53,266 nucleotides of DNA from an uncultured Clostridia bacterium (GTDB lineage: Bacteria > Bacillota > Clostridia > TANB77 > CAG-508). Shown piece by piece: positions 1 to 11,108 of this stretch. The position numbers and the translations under genes are program-made. Numbering within the stretch: position 1 is the first letter of the stretch; every line of letters begins with the position of its first letter. The notes beneath the pieces were generated by a model. The model was not told the origin of the DNA. It ran no database searches and worked only from the letters and a program-made list of their open reading frames with translations. Location: the NCBI GenBank assembly GCA_947631025.1, contig CANRKA010000004.1, positions 1-53,266 on the forward strand, given 5' to 3'.

Positions 1-71
1 AGGTCTTAAAAGAAGCGTAAAGATTTGTTGACGCGAAAATTTACAAAGTAAATTTTCTGTGCAATGTTTTG

Positions 72-116
72 TTTTTTATATAATAGGAAAGTAGAACTTT
101 CCTATTATATAAAAAA
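72..116. repeat. Perfect AT-rich inverted repeat (21-bp arms, 3-nt loop)
   Basis: TTTTTTATATAATAGGAAAGT-AGA-ACTTTCCTATTATATAAAAAA; similar palindromes at ~1830, ~23820 and ~43226. Confidence 0.8.
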
Positions 117-139
117 AATCGCATAAACTGCGATTTTTT
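113..139 (-). terminator. Rho-independent terminator
   Basis: AAAAAATCGCA-taaac-TGCGATTTTTT just downstream of the 154 stop codon. Confidence 0.75.
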
Positions 140-153
140 AATTATTGTTTTTA

Positions 154-993
154 TTAATTTTGATTTCTTCCCTCTGGTAATGCATTTGAATTATCTACAA
201 CAATTCTTATGCTTAATATAGTTCTAATTGCTCTACCAATTTTACTTTGTTTTAATTTTTCCCAGAATGTAGGTTTTGTTTCAAATGTTTCTGAAACATA
301 TTGTTCAGCTGTTATTTGCTCTACTGTTGCTTCTTGAGCAGGAGCTTGTTCTTCAACTGGTGTTGGTATTGCTTTTAATGCATCTGCTACTTCAATTCCT
401 ATATAACTTAATGCCTTTGATCTATCTTCTATTCTTTCCATATCTATTTCAATATGTAAATTTGATTCTAAGTTAGCTATTCTAGCATTAACTAATTTTA
501 AAGCATCATCATAATTTTGACCTTTTTTTGTTCTACTTCTTCCTATTGTCATAAGAGGTTCTGTCATATCTTCTCCGTATATTTCTTTAGCTTCTTTAAC
601 TTTATCTTTCCAATTTTTTTCTTTATTTTGGACAGATTCTAACAATAATTTTAACTCAGAACCTAAATTTATATTATTTTCTCTTTGTCTTATTAAACTT
701 TCAATTTGTTTTGTATTTTCCTCAAATTGATTTGTTGCAAATTCAACTAAGCCATAAGCAGCATTATATACACTTGATGGAAAGTTTTTCTTTTTTGGAT
801 ATTCAATTAAATATGTTTTTATAGATTCAATTAGATCTTTAAAATATCCATCCTCTTCAAGTTCAACAATTTGTTTTTTGCTCTTAGGATTTATCATCTT
901 TTGAACCTTATCAATATTAGATAATATTTTTTCTTCCGTGATTACCATTCTCACGTTTACTATGCCTGTTTTGTTTCTTCTAAATATAGACAT
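154..993 (-). CDS. Hypothetical helical protein (~279 aa)
   Basis: Long ORF; AAGGAGGG RBS before ATG at 993 (MSIFRR); no recognised family. Confidence 0.8.
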   Translation of the reverse strand: MSIFRRNKTGIVNVRMVITEEKILSNIDKVQKMINPKSKKQIVELEEDGYFKDLIESIKTYLIEYPKKKNFPSSVYNAAYGLVEFATNQFEENTKQIESLIRQRENNINLGSELKLLLESVQNKEKNWKDKVKEAKEIYGEDMTEPLMTIGRSRTKKGQNYDDALKLVNARIANLESNLHIEIDMERIEDRSKALSYIGIEVADALKAIPTPVEEQAPAQEATVEQITAEQYVSETFETKPTFWEKLKQSKIGRAIRTILSIRIVVDNSNALPEGRNQN

Positions 994-1091
994 TGTAAAC
1001 TCACCCTCCTTAATCATACGTAATATTGCTCTTAACGATTTAATTATACATCTTTCTACATAAAACTACAATAGGAAAGTTAAAAAATTGT

Positions 1092-1130
1092 ATTACATTT
1101 TTGTTACAATTATATTACAAATATATTACA
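1092..1130 (-). promoter_or_regulatory. Four tandem TGTAAY half-sites at 11-bp period (WalR/OmpR-family-like operator)
   Basis: + strand ATTACA/GTTACA/ATTACA/ATTACA at 1092, 1103, 1114, 1125; the reverse complement fits TGTWAH-N5-TGTWAH. Confidence 0.55.
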
Positions 1131-1695
1131 TTTTCTTAATCCCGCTAATTACTGTTTCCTCAAGTTCTTCATACATTTCTTTTATATTTATCTCTTGATT
1201 TGTTTTTAATTTATATATTAAACTTGTGCATGTTAATGCAAATATTTCTGAAGAAAGTACTTCTGGATCCTTATTTATAATCTCACCTTTTATTATTCCT
1301 TCTTTTACAATATCTTCTATTGTTTTTATATAATCAAATACATACTTTTTACATGTATTATTTCTTTCTTCATTTCCCCAAATTTGACTAAGTACAATTG
1401 TTATTAGGTTTTCATATTTTTTTATAACCTTCACTTGTATTAAAATAATAGCTCTAATTTTATCTAAAGAATTTTCTAATTTTTCTGTTTTTATTTCTAT
1501 ACTATTTTTTAAAAGTTTCATACCTTCTTCAATAAGAAAATTAAAAATCTCTTCTTTAGATGTAAAGTGATAATATAAGGTTCCCTTCGCAACTCCAACT
1601 GTTGCAGTTATTTCTTCTATACTAGTAGCATCATATCCTTTTTCTGCAAAAAGTTTCATAGATATCTCAAATATTTTTCTTTTAGTTTTATTCAT
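1126..1695 (-). CDS. TetR/AcrR family transcriptional regulator
   Basis: N-terminal HTH LFAEKGYDATSIEEITATVGVAKGTLYYHFTSKEEI. Confidence 0.95.
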   Translation of the reverse strand: MNKTKRKIFEISMKLFAEKGYDATSIEEITATVGVAKGTLYYHFTSKEEIFNFLIEEGMKLLKNSIEIKTEKLENSLDKIRAIILIQVKVIKKYENLITIVLSQIWGNEERNNTCKKYVFDYIKTIEDIVKEGIIKGEIINKDPEVLSSEIFALTCTSLIYKLKTNQEINIKEMYEELEETVISGIKKM

Positions 1696-1866
1696 AAATT
1701 TTTCCTCTTTATTTTTGTATTATACAATGTTTATTTTAAAATTGCAAATATATAAAAAATAAAATCAGATATTATTAAAATCTTCACTATTTATAACTTT
1801 TTAAAGTCTTAAGTTTTTATTTAGAATGCTTTGTTTATAGAAAATTTAAAAAACTTTTCTAGAACA

Positions 1867-1900
1867 AATAAAAAATAGAGGCTTCCCTCTATTTTTTATT
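1867..1900 (-). terminator. Rho-independent terminator
   Basis: AATAAAAAATAGAGG-cttc-CCTCTATTTTTTATT at the end of the 1896 ORF. Confidence 0.7.
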
Positions 1901-2177
1901 TATTCTTTTTAAAACTTATTTCTTGAAATAAGAAATCATGTATCTTTCCCCATGTGATTTCTTGATGTAAAAATTCATTTATTTCATCTTCAATTTTTTG
2001 TTGTTTTGGTGTTAATTCTACTTTTATATCTTGAAATAAAAAGTTCTTTATTTTTGTCCATACACTAACTTTTGTTGGTAAATTGAATTCTGTATTTACT
2101 TGTACTTCTTGTGATACTTCTTCTTGTGGTTTTACCTCTACTCCACCGAAAGTTTCTTCTCCAAATTGACCTTCCAT
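1896..2177 (-). CDS. Small hypothetical protein with duplicated (K/H)xFLFQ(D/E)I motif
   Basis: AAAGGAGG RBS; WTKIKNFLFQDI and WGKIHDFLFQEI repeats. Confidence 0.8.
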   Translation of the reverse strand: MEGQFGEETFGGVEVKPQEEVSQEVQVNTEFNLPTKVSVWTKIKNFLFQDIKVELTPKQQKIEDEINEFLHQEITWGKIHDFLFQEISFKKNK

Positions 2178-2211
2178 TTTATTTCCTCCTTTGTGCTACT
2201 TTATAGCAACT

Positions 2212-2240
2212 GTTATACTATATAACATTCTTTTTTTCAA
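2212..2240 (-). promoter_or_regulatory. Candidate sigma-A promoter
   Basis: TTGAAA-17 nt-TATAAC on the minus strand upstream of 2177. Confidence 0.45.
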
Positions 2241-2261
2241 TAGTTTTTTTATTATTTTTAT

Positions 2262-2278
2262 ATTACATTTTTGTTACA
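2262..2278 (-). promoter_or_regulatory. WalR-like box TGTAAC-N5-TGTAAT
   Basis: Lies in a 19-mer (TATTACATTTTTGTTACAA) identical to the one at 1091-1109. Confidence 0.55.
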
Positions 2279-2297
2279 AAACAACACCTGTATTTTT

Positions 2298-3588
2298 TTA
2301 AATATTTCCTATTAATTCATTTCCTAAACATTTTTCTATTTTTACTTTTATTATTTTGTTGCAGCTTTCTTTTTTTCCATTTGCCTTAACCATAATATAA
2401 TTGCTTGTATGTCCTTTTATTTGATTTTTTTCGTATTCTTCAAACAAAACTTCTACCTGCTTGCCTATATATTTTTCATTTTGTTCCTTTTGATTTTTAT
2501 TTGAAAGTTCTATAAGTTTTTTACTTCTTTTTTCTTTTTTTTCTGGAGTAATTTGATTTTCCATAGCAGCAGCTTTTGTTCCCTTTCTTTGCGAATATTT
2601 AAATATGTGCATTTTATAAAATTTAATTCTACTTAGATAGTTATAAGTTTTATTAAATTCTTCATCTGTTTCTCCTGGAAATCCTACAATTATATCTGTA
2701 GTAAGTTCTACATCTGAATATGTTTTTCTTAATAATTTTACTACCTCTTCAAATTCTTCTGTTGTATATTTTCTATTCATTCTTTTTAATGTTTCATTAC
2801 ATCCGCTTTGCAGTGATAAATGAAAGTGATGACATATTTTTTCTAGCTTTTGTAATCTATTTATAAAAGATTGTGTTATTATTGTTGGTTCTAGTGACCC
2901 CAATCTTATTCTTTCTATTCCATCTATTTTATTTATTTCTTCTAATAAATCTATTAATTCTAATTTTTCTTTAAAGTCTTTTCCATATGATGCAACGTGT
3001 ATTCCCGTAATTACTACTTCTTTTATTCCTTCTTTAGCTATTTTATTGATTTCTCGTATAATTTCTTCCATATTTCTACTTCTTACTCTTCCTCTTGCAT
3101 ATGGAATAATACAATATGAACAATATCTATCGCATCCATCTTGAACTTTTATTACTGCTCTTGTTTTATCTGTATATGTAACTTCTCCAAAATTATCAAA
3201 AGTAGTATTTTTCATAACATCTGAAATAATCTCTTCTTTTTCTCTATTTTTTAAAAAGTTTTCTACATATTTTTGGATTTTACTTTTCTCGTTAGTTCCT
3301 AAAATTAAGTCTATTTCTGGTATTTTTTCTAAATTTTCTTTGCCTACTTGAGCATAACATCCTACTGCTACTACAATAGCATTTGGATTTAACTCCTTTG
3401 TTCTTCTTAAAATTTGTCTAGATTTTCTATCTGACATATTAGTTACAGTACAAGTATTTACAATATATATATCTGCCTTTTGACTAAAATTTACTATTTC
3501 ATAATTATTTTTTATAAAATTCTGTATCATTCCATTTGTTTCATATTGATTTACTTTACATCCGTAATGTATAAAATGCAACTTTCAT
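2298..3588 (-). CDS. mtaB: tRNA t6A37 methylthiotransferase MtaB (radical SAM), 429 aa with +1 shift at CGG 3562-3564
   Basis: CxxxCxxC (CDRYCSYC), NTCTVT, C-terminal TRAM-like region. RBS AGGGAG plus ATG 3588 gives MKVAFYTL-[C]GGA-CKVNQYE, the family-typical N-terminus. Confidence 0.92.
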
Positions 3589-3626
3589 AATATGCTCCCT
3601 TTCTATATTATAAAAGAATTCAAGTT

Positions 3627-3866
3627 TTACTTGAATTCTTTTATTAATTTTTGTGCTTCAATAATTCCTACTTTAAAACAATTTTCGGAATTGTTTATTT
3701 GAATAAGCTCACTTAAAAAATTATAAAGCTTTTCAAATTGAGCGGGAGAAATATCTTTGATTTCTCCCTGATAAACGCACCTTGATTTAATGTACAAGTA
3801 AATCTTTGCATTATTTCGATTATCTTCTAATACACTAAATAATCGAAATTCTTCTGGAAAAATCAT
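3627..3866 (-). CDS. Small hypothetical protein
   Basis: 79-aa ORF with AAAGGAG RBS. Confidence 0.65.
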   Translation of the reverse strand: MIFPEEFRLFSVLEDNRNNAKIYLYIKSRCVYQGEIKDISPAQFEKLYNFLSELIQINNSENCFKVGIIEAQKLIKEFK

Positions 3867-3928
3867 AGGAATCTCTCCTTTCTATTTAATTATGCTAATA
3901 TTATATCACTTTTATTTTAAAAAATCTA

Positions 3929-5314
3929 CTAAAATTCGACTTTTTTTTCAATCCAAGAATTTAATTCATCTATTTTAACTCTTACCTGCTCCATTGTGTC
4001 TCTATCTCTTATAGTTACACAGTCATCTTCAAGTGTATCAAAATCTATAGTTACGCAATATGGTGTTCCTATTTCATCTTCTCTTCTATAACGCTTTCCT
4101 ATTGAACCTGCTTCGTCATAATCACACATAAATTTTTTAGATAATTTTTCATATACCTCATTTGCTTTTTTACTTAATTTTTTAGAAAGTGGTAAAACTG
4201 CAACCTTATATGGTGCTAATGCTGGATGTAAGTGTAAAACTGTTCTTACGTCTCCATCATCTATTTTTTCTTCTTCATAACTATTGCATAAAAATGCAAG
4301 TGTTACTCTGTCTGCACCAAGGGATGGCTCTATTACGTATGGCACATATTTTTCGTTTGTTTCTGGGTCTAAATAAGATAAATCTTGTTTAGAATGTTCC
4401 ATATGTTTACTTAAGTCGAAGTCTGTTCTTGATGCAATTCCCCATAGTTCTCCCCAACCAAATGGGAATGTAAATTCTATATCTGTTGTTGCATTACTAT
4501 AATGAGATAGTTCTTCTTTGCTATGATCTCTTAATCTTATATTTTCTTCTTTTATTCCTAGATTCAATAACCATTCTTTACAGAATTTTTTCCAATATTC
4601 ATGCCATTCAAGCTCAGTTCCAGGTTTACAGAAAAATTCTAATTCCATTTGTTCAAACTCACGTGTTCTAAATGTAAAGTTTCCCGGTGTTATTTCGTTT
4701 CTAAAAGATTTACCAATTTGAGCTATTCCCATTGGCAGTTTTCTTCTTGTTGTTCTTTGAACATTTTTAAAATTAACAAATATTCCTTGAGCTGTTTCTG
4801 GTCTTAAATATATTTCAGATTTTGCATCTTCTGTAACTCCTTGAAATGTTTTAAACATTAAATTAAATTTACGTATTTCCGTAAAATTGTGTTTCCCACA
4901 ATTTGGACAACAAATATTATTGTCATCCATATATTTAATCATTTTTTCATCTTTCCATCCATCTACAACTTCTTCACAATTATGTTCATGCATCCACTCT
5001 TCTATTAATTTATCTGCTCTATGTCTTGTTTTACATTCTTTGCAATCTATAAGTGGATCTGAAAATCCACCAACATGTCCTGATGCTACCCAAGTTTCAG
5101 GGTTCATTAAAATTGCAGCATCTAAACCTACATTAAATTTGCTTTCTTGAACAAATTTTTTCATCCATGCCTTTTTTACATTATTTTTTAATTCTACTCC
5201 TAATGGACCATAGTCCCATGTATTAGCTAAACCTCCATATATTTCTGAACCTGGATAAACATATCCTCTATTTTTACAAAGTGCTACTATTTTTTCCATA
5301 GTTACTTCTGACAT
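3929..5314 (-). CDS. glyQS: Glycine--tRNA ligase (alpha2 homodimeric type)
   Basis: [42 protein letters not shown]-terminal anticodon domain [15 protein letters not shown]. Confidence 0.97.
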   Translation of the reverse strand: MSEVTMEKIVALCKNRGYVYPGSEIYGGLANTWDYGPLGVELKNNVKKAWMKKFVQESKFNVGLDAAILMNPETWVASGHVGGFSDPLIDCKECKTRHRADKLIEEWMHEHNCEEVVDGWKDEKMIKYMDDNNICCPNCGKHNFTEIRKFNLMFKTFQGVTEDAKSEIYLRPETAQGIFVNFKNVQRTTRRKLPMGIAQIGKSFRNEITPGNFTFRTREFEQMELEFFCKPGTELEWHEYWKKFCKEWLLNLGIKEENIRLRDHSKEELSHYSNATTDIEFTFPFGWGELWGIASRTDFDLSKHMEHSKQDLSYLDPETNEKYVPYVIEPSLGADRVTLAFLCNSYEEEKIDDGDVRTVLHLHPALAPYKVAVLPLSKKLSKKANEVYEKLSKKFMCDYDEAGSIGKRYRREDEIGTPYCVTIDFDTLEDDCVTIRDRDTMEQVRVKIDELNSWIEKKVEF

Positions 5315-5473
5315 AGTTTATATTCCTTCTTTCTATCTTAGTTAAATTACTTTTGTATTTTAACATATAATGTTTTTGGTATCAATATTTTTACAAAGAA
5401 ATTATTTTGTCATTTTTTTGTTATATTTTATTTCCCTGTCTTTTATTGTATATATAGGCTTTGAGTGTTTTGT

Positions 5474-5501
5474 ATTACATAAATATTACGTTTCTATTAC
5501 A
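5474..5501 (-). promoter_or_regulatory. Three ATTAC(A/G) half-sites at 11-bp period
   Basis: ATTACA 5474, ATTACG 5485, ATTACA 5496; same geometry as 1092-1130. Confidence 0.4.
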
Positions 5502-5542
5502 GTTTTTACTTTTTATGTAACTTAATTTGGTTTACATTTTTG

Positions 5543-5621
5543 TTTTCCACTTTTTTGTGGATAATGTGGAAAACTTTGTGAATAACTTAAAAATATGCAT
5601 TTTTTTTTATAATTATTCACT
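5543..5621. promoter_or_regulatory. DnaA-box cluster
   Basis: TGTGGATAA 5556 (perfect), TGTGGAAAA 5565, TGTGAATAA 5577, plus opposite-orientation TTTTCCACT 5543 and TTATTCACT 5613. Confidence 0.75.
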
Positions 5622-5726
5622 TTTTTTATTTTGAAATTTTTTATGTATATTTATTCTAAATTATTTACATTGTTTTATGTTATTTTATTATTGTAAATTT
5701 TTATAAATATTATGTATTATTATAAA

Positions 5727-6011
5727 TTACATTTTTATTAAATAATATATTATTAATACTATTTCTGTAATTAGAATTGTTGGAAATCCTATTGTAAAAT
5801 ATAGTTTTTTTGTTTTATGCCTAAATGTATACATTCCAGCTATTCCACCTATTCCTCCACCTAGTAGTACTAAAATAAATAGTGCCTTTTCGCTAATTCT
5901 CCACTTTCCTTTTACTGCTCTATGTTTATCTATCCACATTGCTAAAAATGCTATTAAATTTATTCCTATTACATATAGAATTATATTTTTTATTGTTAAT
6001 AATTCTTGCAT
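5727..6011 (-). CDS. DUF1294 family membrane protein
   Basis: DKxRA..KWRISEKAL..GGGIG..GMYTFRHKTKK signature; AGGAG RBS before ATG 6011. Confidence 0.9.
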   Translation of the reverse strand: MQELLTIKNIILYVIGINLIAFLAMWIDKHRAVKGKWRISEKALFILVLLGGGIGGIAGMYTFRHKTKKLYFTIGFPTILITEIVLIIYYLIKM

Positions 6012-6114
6012 TTTTCTCTCCTTTTTCAATCTTCTTTTTTTAGTTACATACTATATTTTATTTTTCATTCATATTTTTTAAAATAAATTCACATATTGCT
6101 GATATAAATTTGTT

Positions 6115-9100
6115 TTATACAAAAAGGCTCATTTGATTGCTCTGTGTCATTCCTTTCAAACATCCTGCATTTTTTAACATTTCTACTACAGATTTTCCTA
6201 TTTTTGAACGTTGTTGTAAGTCATCTATGCACATAAATTTTCCATCTTGTTTTGCTTTTTCTATTCCTTCTGCTGCTACTGTTCCTAATCCTGGTATACT
6301 GTTTAATGGTGGACGTATTCCATCTTCTTCCATTATAAATTTCGTACTATGTGATTTGTATAAATCAATTGGTAAAAATTTTATTCCTCTTTCATACATT
6401 TCTAATACTAGTTCTAATATTGCATACATATTTTTATCTTTTGCTGTTGCTGCTTTTCCAAGTAAATCTATTTCCTTCATTTTATTTTTTACCTTTTCTT
6501 TTCCATTGCACATTATTTCACTATCAAATTCATCCGCTCTTATTGTAAAATATGCTGTATAATATGCCTCTGGTTTATGCACTTTAAACCATGCTATTCT
6601 AAATGCATTTGTTACATATGCTGCCGCATGAGCTTTTGGGAACATGTACTTTATTTTCTTACATGAATCTATATACCATTCTGGTACATTGTTAGCTCTC
6701 ATCATTTCCTCATATTCTGGCCATTTTGGTTCTTTTCCTTTTGCAACTTTTCCCTTACGTACAGCTTCCATTATTTTAAACGATGGTTGAGGTTCTAATC
6801 CTTGTTTCATTAAATAAATCATAATGTCATCTCTACAACAAATTGCTTCATCTAGCTTTATTGTTCCTGCATCTATTAAACTTTGTGCATTATTTAACCA
6901 CACATCTGTACCGTGTGAAAGTCCTGAGATACGTATCAATTCATCAAATGTACTTGGTTTTGTATCTACTAGCATTCCTCTTACAAATTTTGTTCCAAAT
7001 TCTGGTACTCCAAAGCTTCCTACTTCTGAATGTATTTGCTCTGGTGTAACTCCGAAGCGCCTTTGTAGAACTAAATATACTCATTGTTTCTTTATCATCC
7101 AATGGTACTTTTGTAGGGTCTATTCCTGTTATGTCAAATAACATTCTTATCATTGTTGGATCGTCGTGTCCTAGTATATCTAGCTTAAGTAAGTTTTGGT
7201 CTATTGAGTGATAATCAAAATGAGTTGTTATAATATCTGAATTTGGGTCATCTGCTGGATGCTGAACTGGTGTAAATTCATATATTTCTCTTCCTTTTGG
7301 TACAACTATAATTCCTCCAGGGTGTTGACCTGTTGTTCTCTTTATTCCTGTACAACCTTTAGAAATTCGGCTTACTTCTGCACTATTTACAGGAATTTGT
7401 CTTTCTTCATAGTATTTTTTTACATATCCATATGCAGTTTTATCTGCAACAGTACCTACAGTTCCCGCTTTAAATGTTGTTCCTTTTCCAAATATAATCT
7501 CTGTATATTTGTGAGCTTTTGCTTGATATTCTCCCGAAAAATTTAAATCTATATCTGGTTCCTTGTCTCCGGTTAAATCCTAAAAATGTTTCAAATGGTA
7601 TATCCATTCCATCTTTATCTAATTTATGCCCACACTTTGGACAATCTTTATCTGGTAAGTCGAACCCATTTTTATATCCATAATCTGTAAAATCTGAATA
7701 TTTACAATTTGGGCATCTATAATGAGCAGGTAAGGAATTTACTTCTGTTATTCCTGTCATATTTGCAACAAAAGAAGAACCTACTGATCCTCTAGAGCCA
7801 ACTATATATCCGTCCTCATTAGATTTCCACACTAATTTTTGTGCAATAATATACATAACAGAGAATCCATTTTTTATAATAGAGTTTAGTTCTTTGTCTA
7901 ATCTCTCTTGAACTATTTGTGGTAAGTCTTCTCCATATAATTCGTGTGCTTTATTGTACGCTATGTTTTTTATTTCTTCTTCACAACCTGGTATGTGTGG
8001 TGGGCACTTTTCTAGTGATATTGGGCTTATTGGTTCACACATATCTGATATTTTATTTGTGTTTTTTACAACAACTTCATATGCCTTTTCTGGTCCTAAG
8101 TATTCAAACTCTTCTAACATTTCATTTGTTGTTCTTAAGTATAATGGTGCTTGATTATCTGCATCTTGATATCCTTGTCCTGCTTCTAATATACGCCTAT
8201 ATATTTCGTCTTGTGGGTCCATAAAGTGAACATCACATGTTGCAACTACTAATTTACCTAATTTTTCTCCAAGCTCTACTATTTTTCTATTTATATCTTT
8301 TAAAGCATCATCATCTGCCACTATTCCATTTCTTACTAAAAATTCATTATTTCCTATTGGCTGTATTTCTAAATAGTCATAGTCTCTTGCTATTTCTTCT
8401 ATTTCTTCATCTGTTTTTCCTTTTTCTATTGCTTGATATAATTCTCCTGCCTCACACGCGCTTCCTAAAATAAGTCCTTCTGAATATTTTTTATACAAAC
8501 TTTTTAATATACGTGGTTTTTTATAAAAATAGTGTAAATGTGAAAATGATACTAATTTATATAAATTTTTAAGTCCTACATAATTTTTGGCTAAAATAAT
8601 TGCATGATATGACGGTAATTTTTTATAGGCATTTTTTTCAGATTCCTTATCTGGTCCTAAAGTATCTATATCATCTAATGTTTTGGCTCCCTTTTCTTTA
8701 AGCATTTGTATCATCACATTAAATACTTTAACTGTTGTATCTACATCATCTAATGCTCTATGTGCTACTTCTACTTTTATTCCTAAATTGTCTGCTATAA
8801 TTCCTAGTTTGTATTTTTTATAATTTGGAAATAACATTCTTGCTAATTTTAATGTATCTAAATATGTATTATCTAATTCATAACCTAATACTTTTGCATT
8901 ATGTTTTAGAAATCCAATATCAAAATCTGCATTATGTGCAACTAAAACAGAATCTCCAAAAAAATCTAAAAGCTTTGGCAGAACTTGCTCTATAGTTTCT
9001 GCATCTTTTACCATATCATCTGTAATATTTGTAACTTCTGTAACTTTTTGTGGTATATGCTTTTCAGGGTTTACAAAACAAGAAAAAGTATCTATTACTT

Positions 9101-10538
9101 CTCCATTTTTTATCTTCATAACACCTATTTCTGTTATTTTTTCGGTTCTATATGAAAGCCCTGTTGTCTCTAAGTCAAAAACGCAAAATTCTGTATCTAA
9201 CCCTTGATTTTTCGAAAAAGATACTGTAGGGACTCTATCTGGAACCAAATAAGCTTCAACTCCATAAATGACTTTCATATCTTTATTATCTCTTCCAAGC
9301 AATTTATGTGCTTCTGGAAATGCTTGTACTACACCATGGTCTGTAATTGCAATAGATTTCATTCCCCATTTCATTGCTCTTTTTATTAAATCCTCTGCAG
9401 AAGTCATACCATCCATTTGGCTCATTTGAGTATGCATATGAAGCTCTACTCTTTTTTCTTCTGCTAAATCCATACGTTCTTGTTTTTTCGTTCCTTGAGT
9501 TTCTATAATTGTATTTGCTAAAACACTTAGTTCCTTAGAATATGAGTCAAATTGTGCATTTCCGCTTAATTTTATTCCTTTTGAATTTTTAAGTCTTTTA
9601 ATAACTTCTTTACTTTTATCTATTGGAACAAAAGCCTTGCATGTTACAGTATTTGTTCCATCATATAAATCAAATATTACTAAATATTTTTTTATTTTTT
9701 CTATTTCTCTGCACTTTTCTTCATCTATATTAACTATTTCGCCTTCTATACAAACTTTTCCAGATTCTATACTTACATCTTCTATTTTTAATAATTGTTC
9801 TTTAATATTTAAATTTCTTCCTAATATTAATGGAGATTGTTCATTATTATCATTTTTAGTATCATCTTCTGCAGCATTTGACACATTCTTATTTGAAGTA
9901 ATGGTCTCGTTCGTATTATTTTTGTGCTCAAGTTCTACATTATTTGACGCAGATTTATTATGTTTTTCCGCACTTTCTATAGTAATTGTTGATGTTAATT
10001 TCTCTAGTGCCGTTTTTTCCAATTGTTCTTTTCTTTTTTTTATTATATTTTTAATTTCCTCAGATAAATTTTCTATATATGTAACTTTATATTTCTTTTT
10101 ATATAAACTCTCAATTAATTTCTCTAGAGTTTTATCTAGCCCTCTTGCTATTAAAAAATTTGCTCCTTTTATGGGAATATGTACATTTAAATTTTTTCCT
10201 TCTAATTCTAATTTGGCATTATTAAGTAATTGTCTTGCAATTGGATATTTTCTAGCTAAAAGTGCCATAATATTTTTCCAATCATCTTCAATAGAAGGAA
10301 TTTGGCAATTTTCTTCATATTCCATATTTATCCATGTATGTTCAATTTTAAATCTTTCATTAACAAAATTTTCAAAATTTGCAATACTTTTAAGATTTAT
10401 AAATTCTTTTGAATTTAATTGTAAAACTAATGTATTATCTTTTTTATAAAGCCTTGTGTTTTGTATTACAGCATTTCCTAACTTGTCTTCAAATTTATAG
10501 TCTTTAAACGTTTCTTTCATTAGCTTATTTACTGGCAT
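6115..10538 (-). CDS. polC: DNA polymerase III PolC-type, 1473 aa with two +1 shifts (CGG 7569-7571 and CGG 7052-7054)
   Basis: PHP (ELHMHTQMS), exonuclease (DLETTG, HRALDD), GSRGSVGSS. Three consecutive frames join as [19 protein letters not shown] and STKAL-G-VTPEQI, ending with [11 protein letters not shown]...NQMSLFV. Confidence 0.95.
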
Positions 10539-10635
10539 GTTTTTTCCTCCTATATTTTGTGGTTTTATTTTATCACAAAATATTTTATTTTGAAAGTTTA
10601 TTATATTTTTTTAAATAATTAGTTATTATTTAGAT

Positions 10636-10698
10636 AAAAATAGTGGGCATATATATTACATTTGTTTTATAAAATATAATATGTATACCCACTATTTT
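10636..10698 (-). terminator. Long imperfect hairpin, likely terminator
   Basis: AAAATAGTGGGCATA...TATACCCACTATTTT between the 10744 ORF and polC. Confidence 0.5.
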
Positions 10699-10743
10699 AA
10701 TTACACGACATGTGTTTTAGAATAAAAATCTTTGAATTAAATT

Positions 10744-11037
10744 TTATGAATTAACTGCTTTTTCTAAATTAGAGATTCTAAATTCGTGTGCCTTGACGAT
10801 TTCATTTAAATTTCCAAACTTTTTATCAAACAAGTAGATTAAAGTATCATTATTGTCATTTATCATATTACGTATTTTTTCGTTATTTGCTTCAATCTTT
10901 TCATCCATCATTGCTGACATTCTTATCATTAGTTTTTCGTTATTTGCTTCAATTTTTTTGTCAATTATTTCTGACATTTTTGCCATTAGTTTTTCGTTAT
11001 TGTTTTCAAATATTTGAATAAGTCTTTTCTCGTCCAT
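10744..11037 (-). CDS. Small coiled-coil protein with three 19-aa (57-bp) repeats
   Basis: GGGAGGTG RBS, ATG 11037; E(A/N)NNEK(L/I) recurs, with CGTTATT at 10881, 10938 and 10995. Confidence 0.8.
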   Translation of the reverse strand: MDEKRLIQIFENNNEKLMAKMSEIIDKKIEANNEKLMIRMSAMMDEKIEANNEKIRNMINDNNDTLIYLFDKKFGNLNEIVKAHEFRISNLEKAVNS

Positions 11038-11108
11038 ATTTTTCACCTCCCTTCTAGAAAATATTTTAGCATAAACATTTTTACTATGCAATATAATTTT
11101 ACATTTTT

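Noticed and set aside
5315-5726. oriC, or a glycine T-box leader upstream of glyQS
   Set aside because: There is no dnaA and no switch in gene orientation for oriC, and no recognisable T-box (GGTGGNACC-type) motif or antiterminator.
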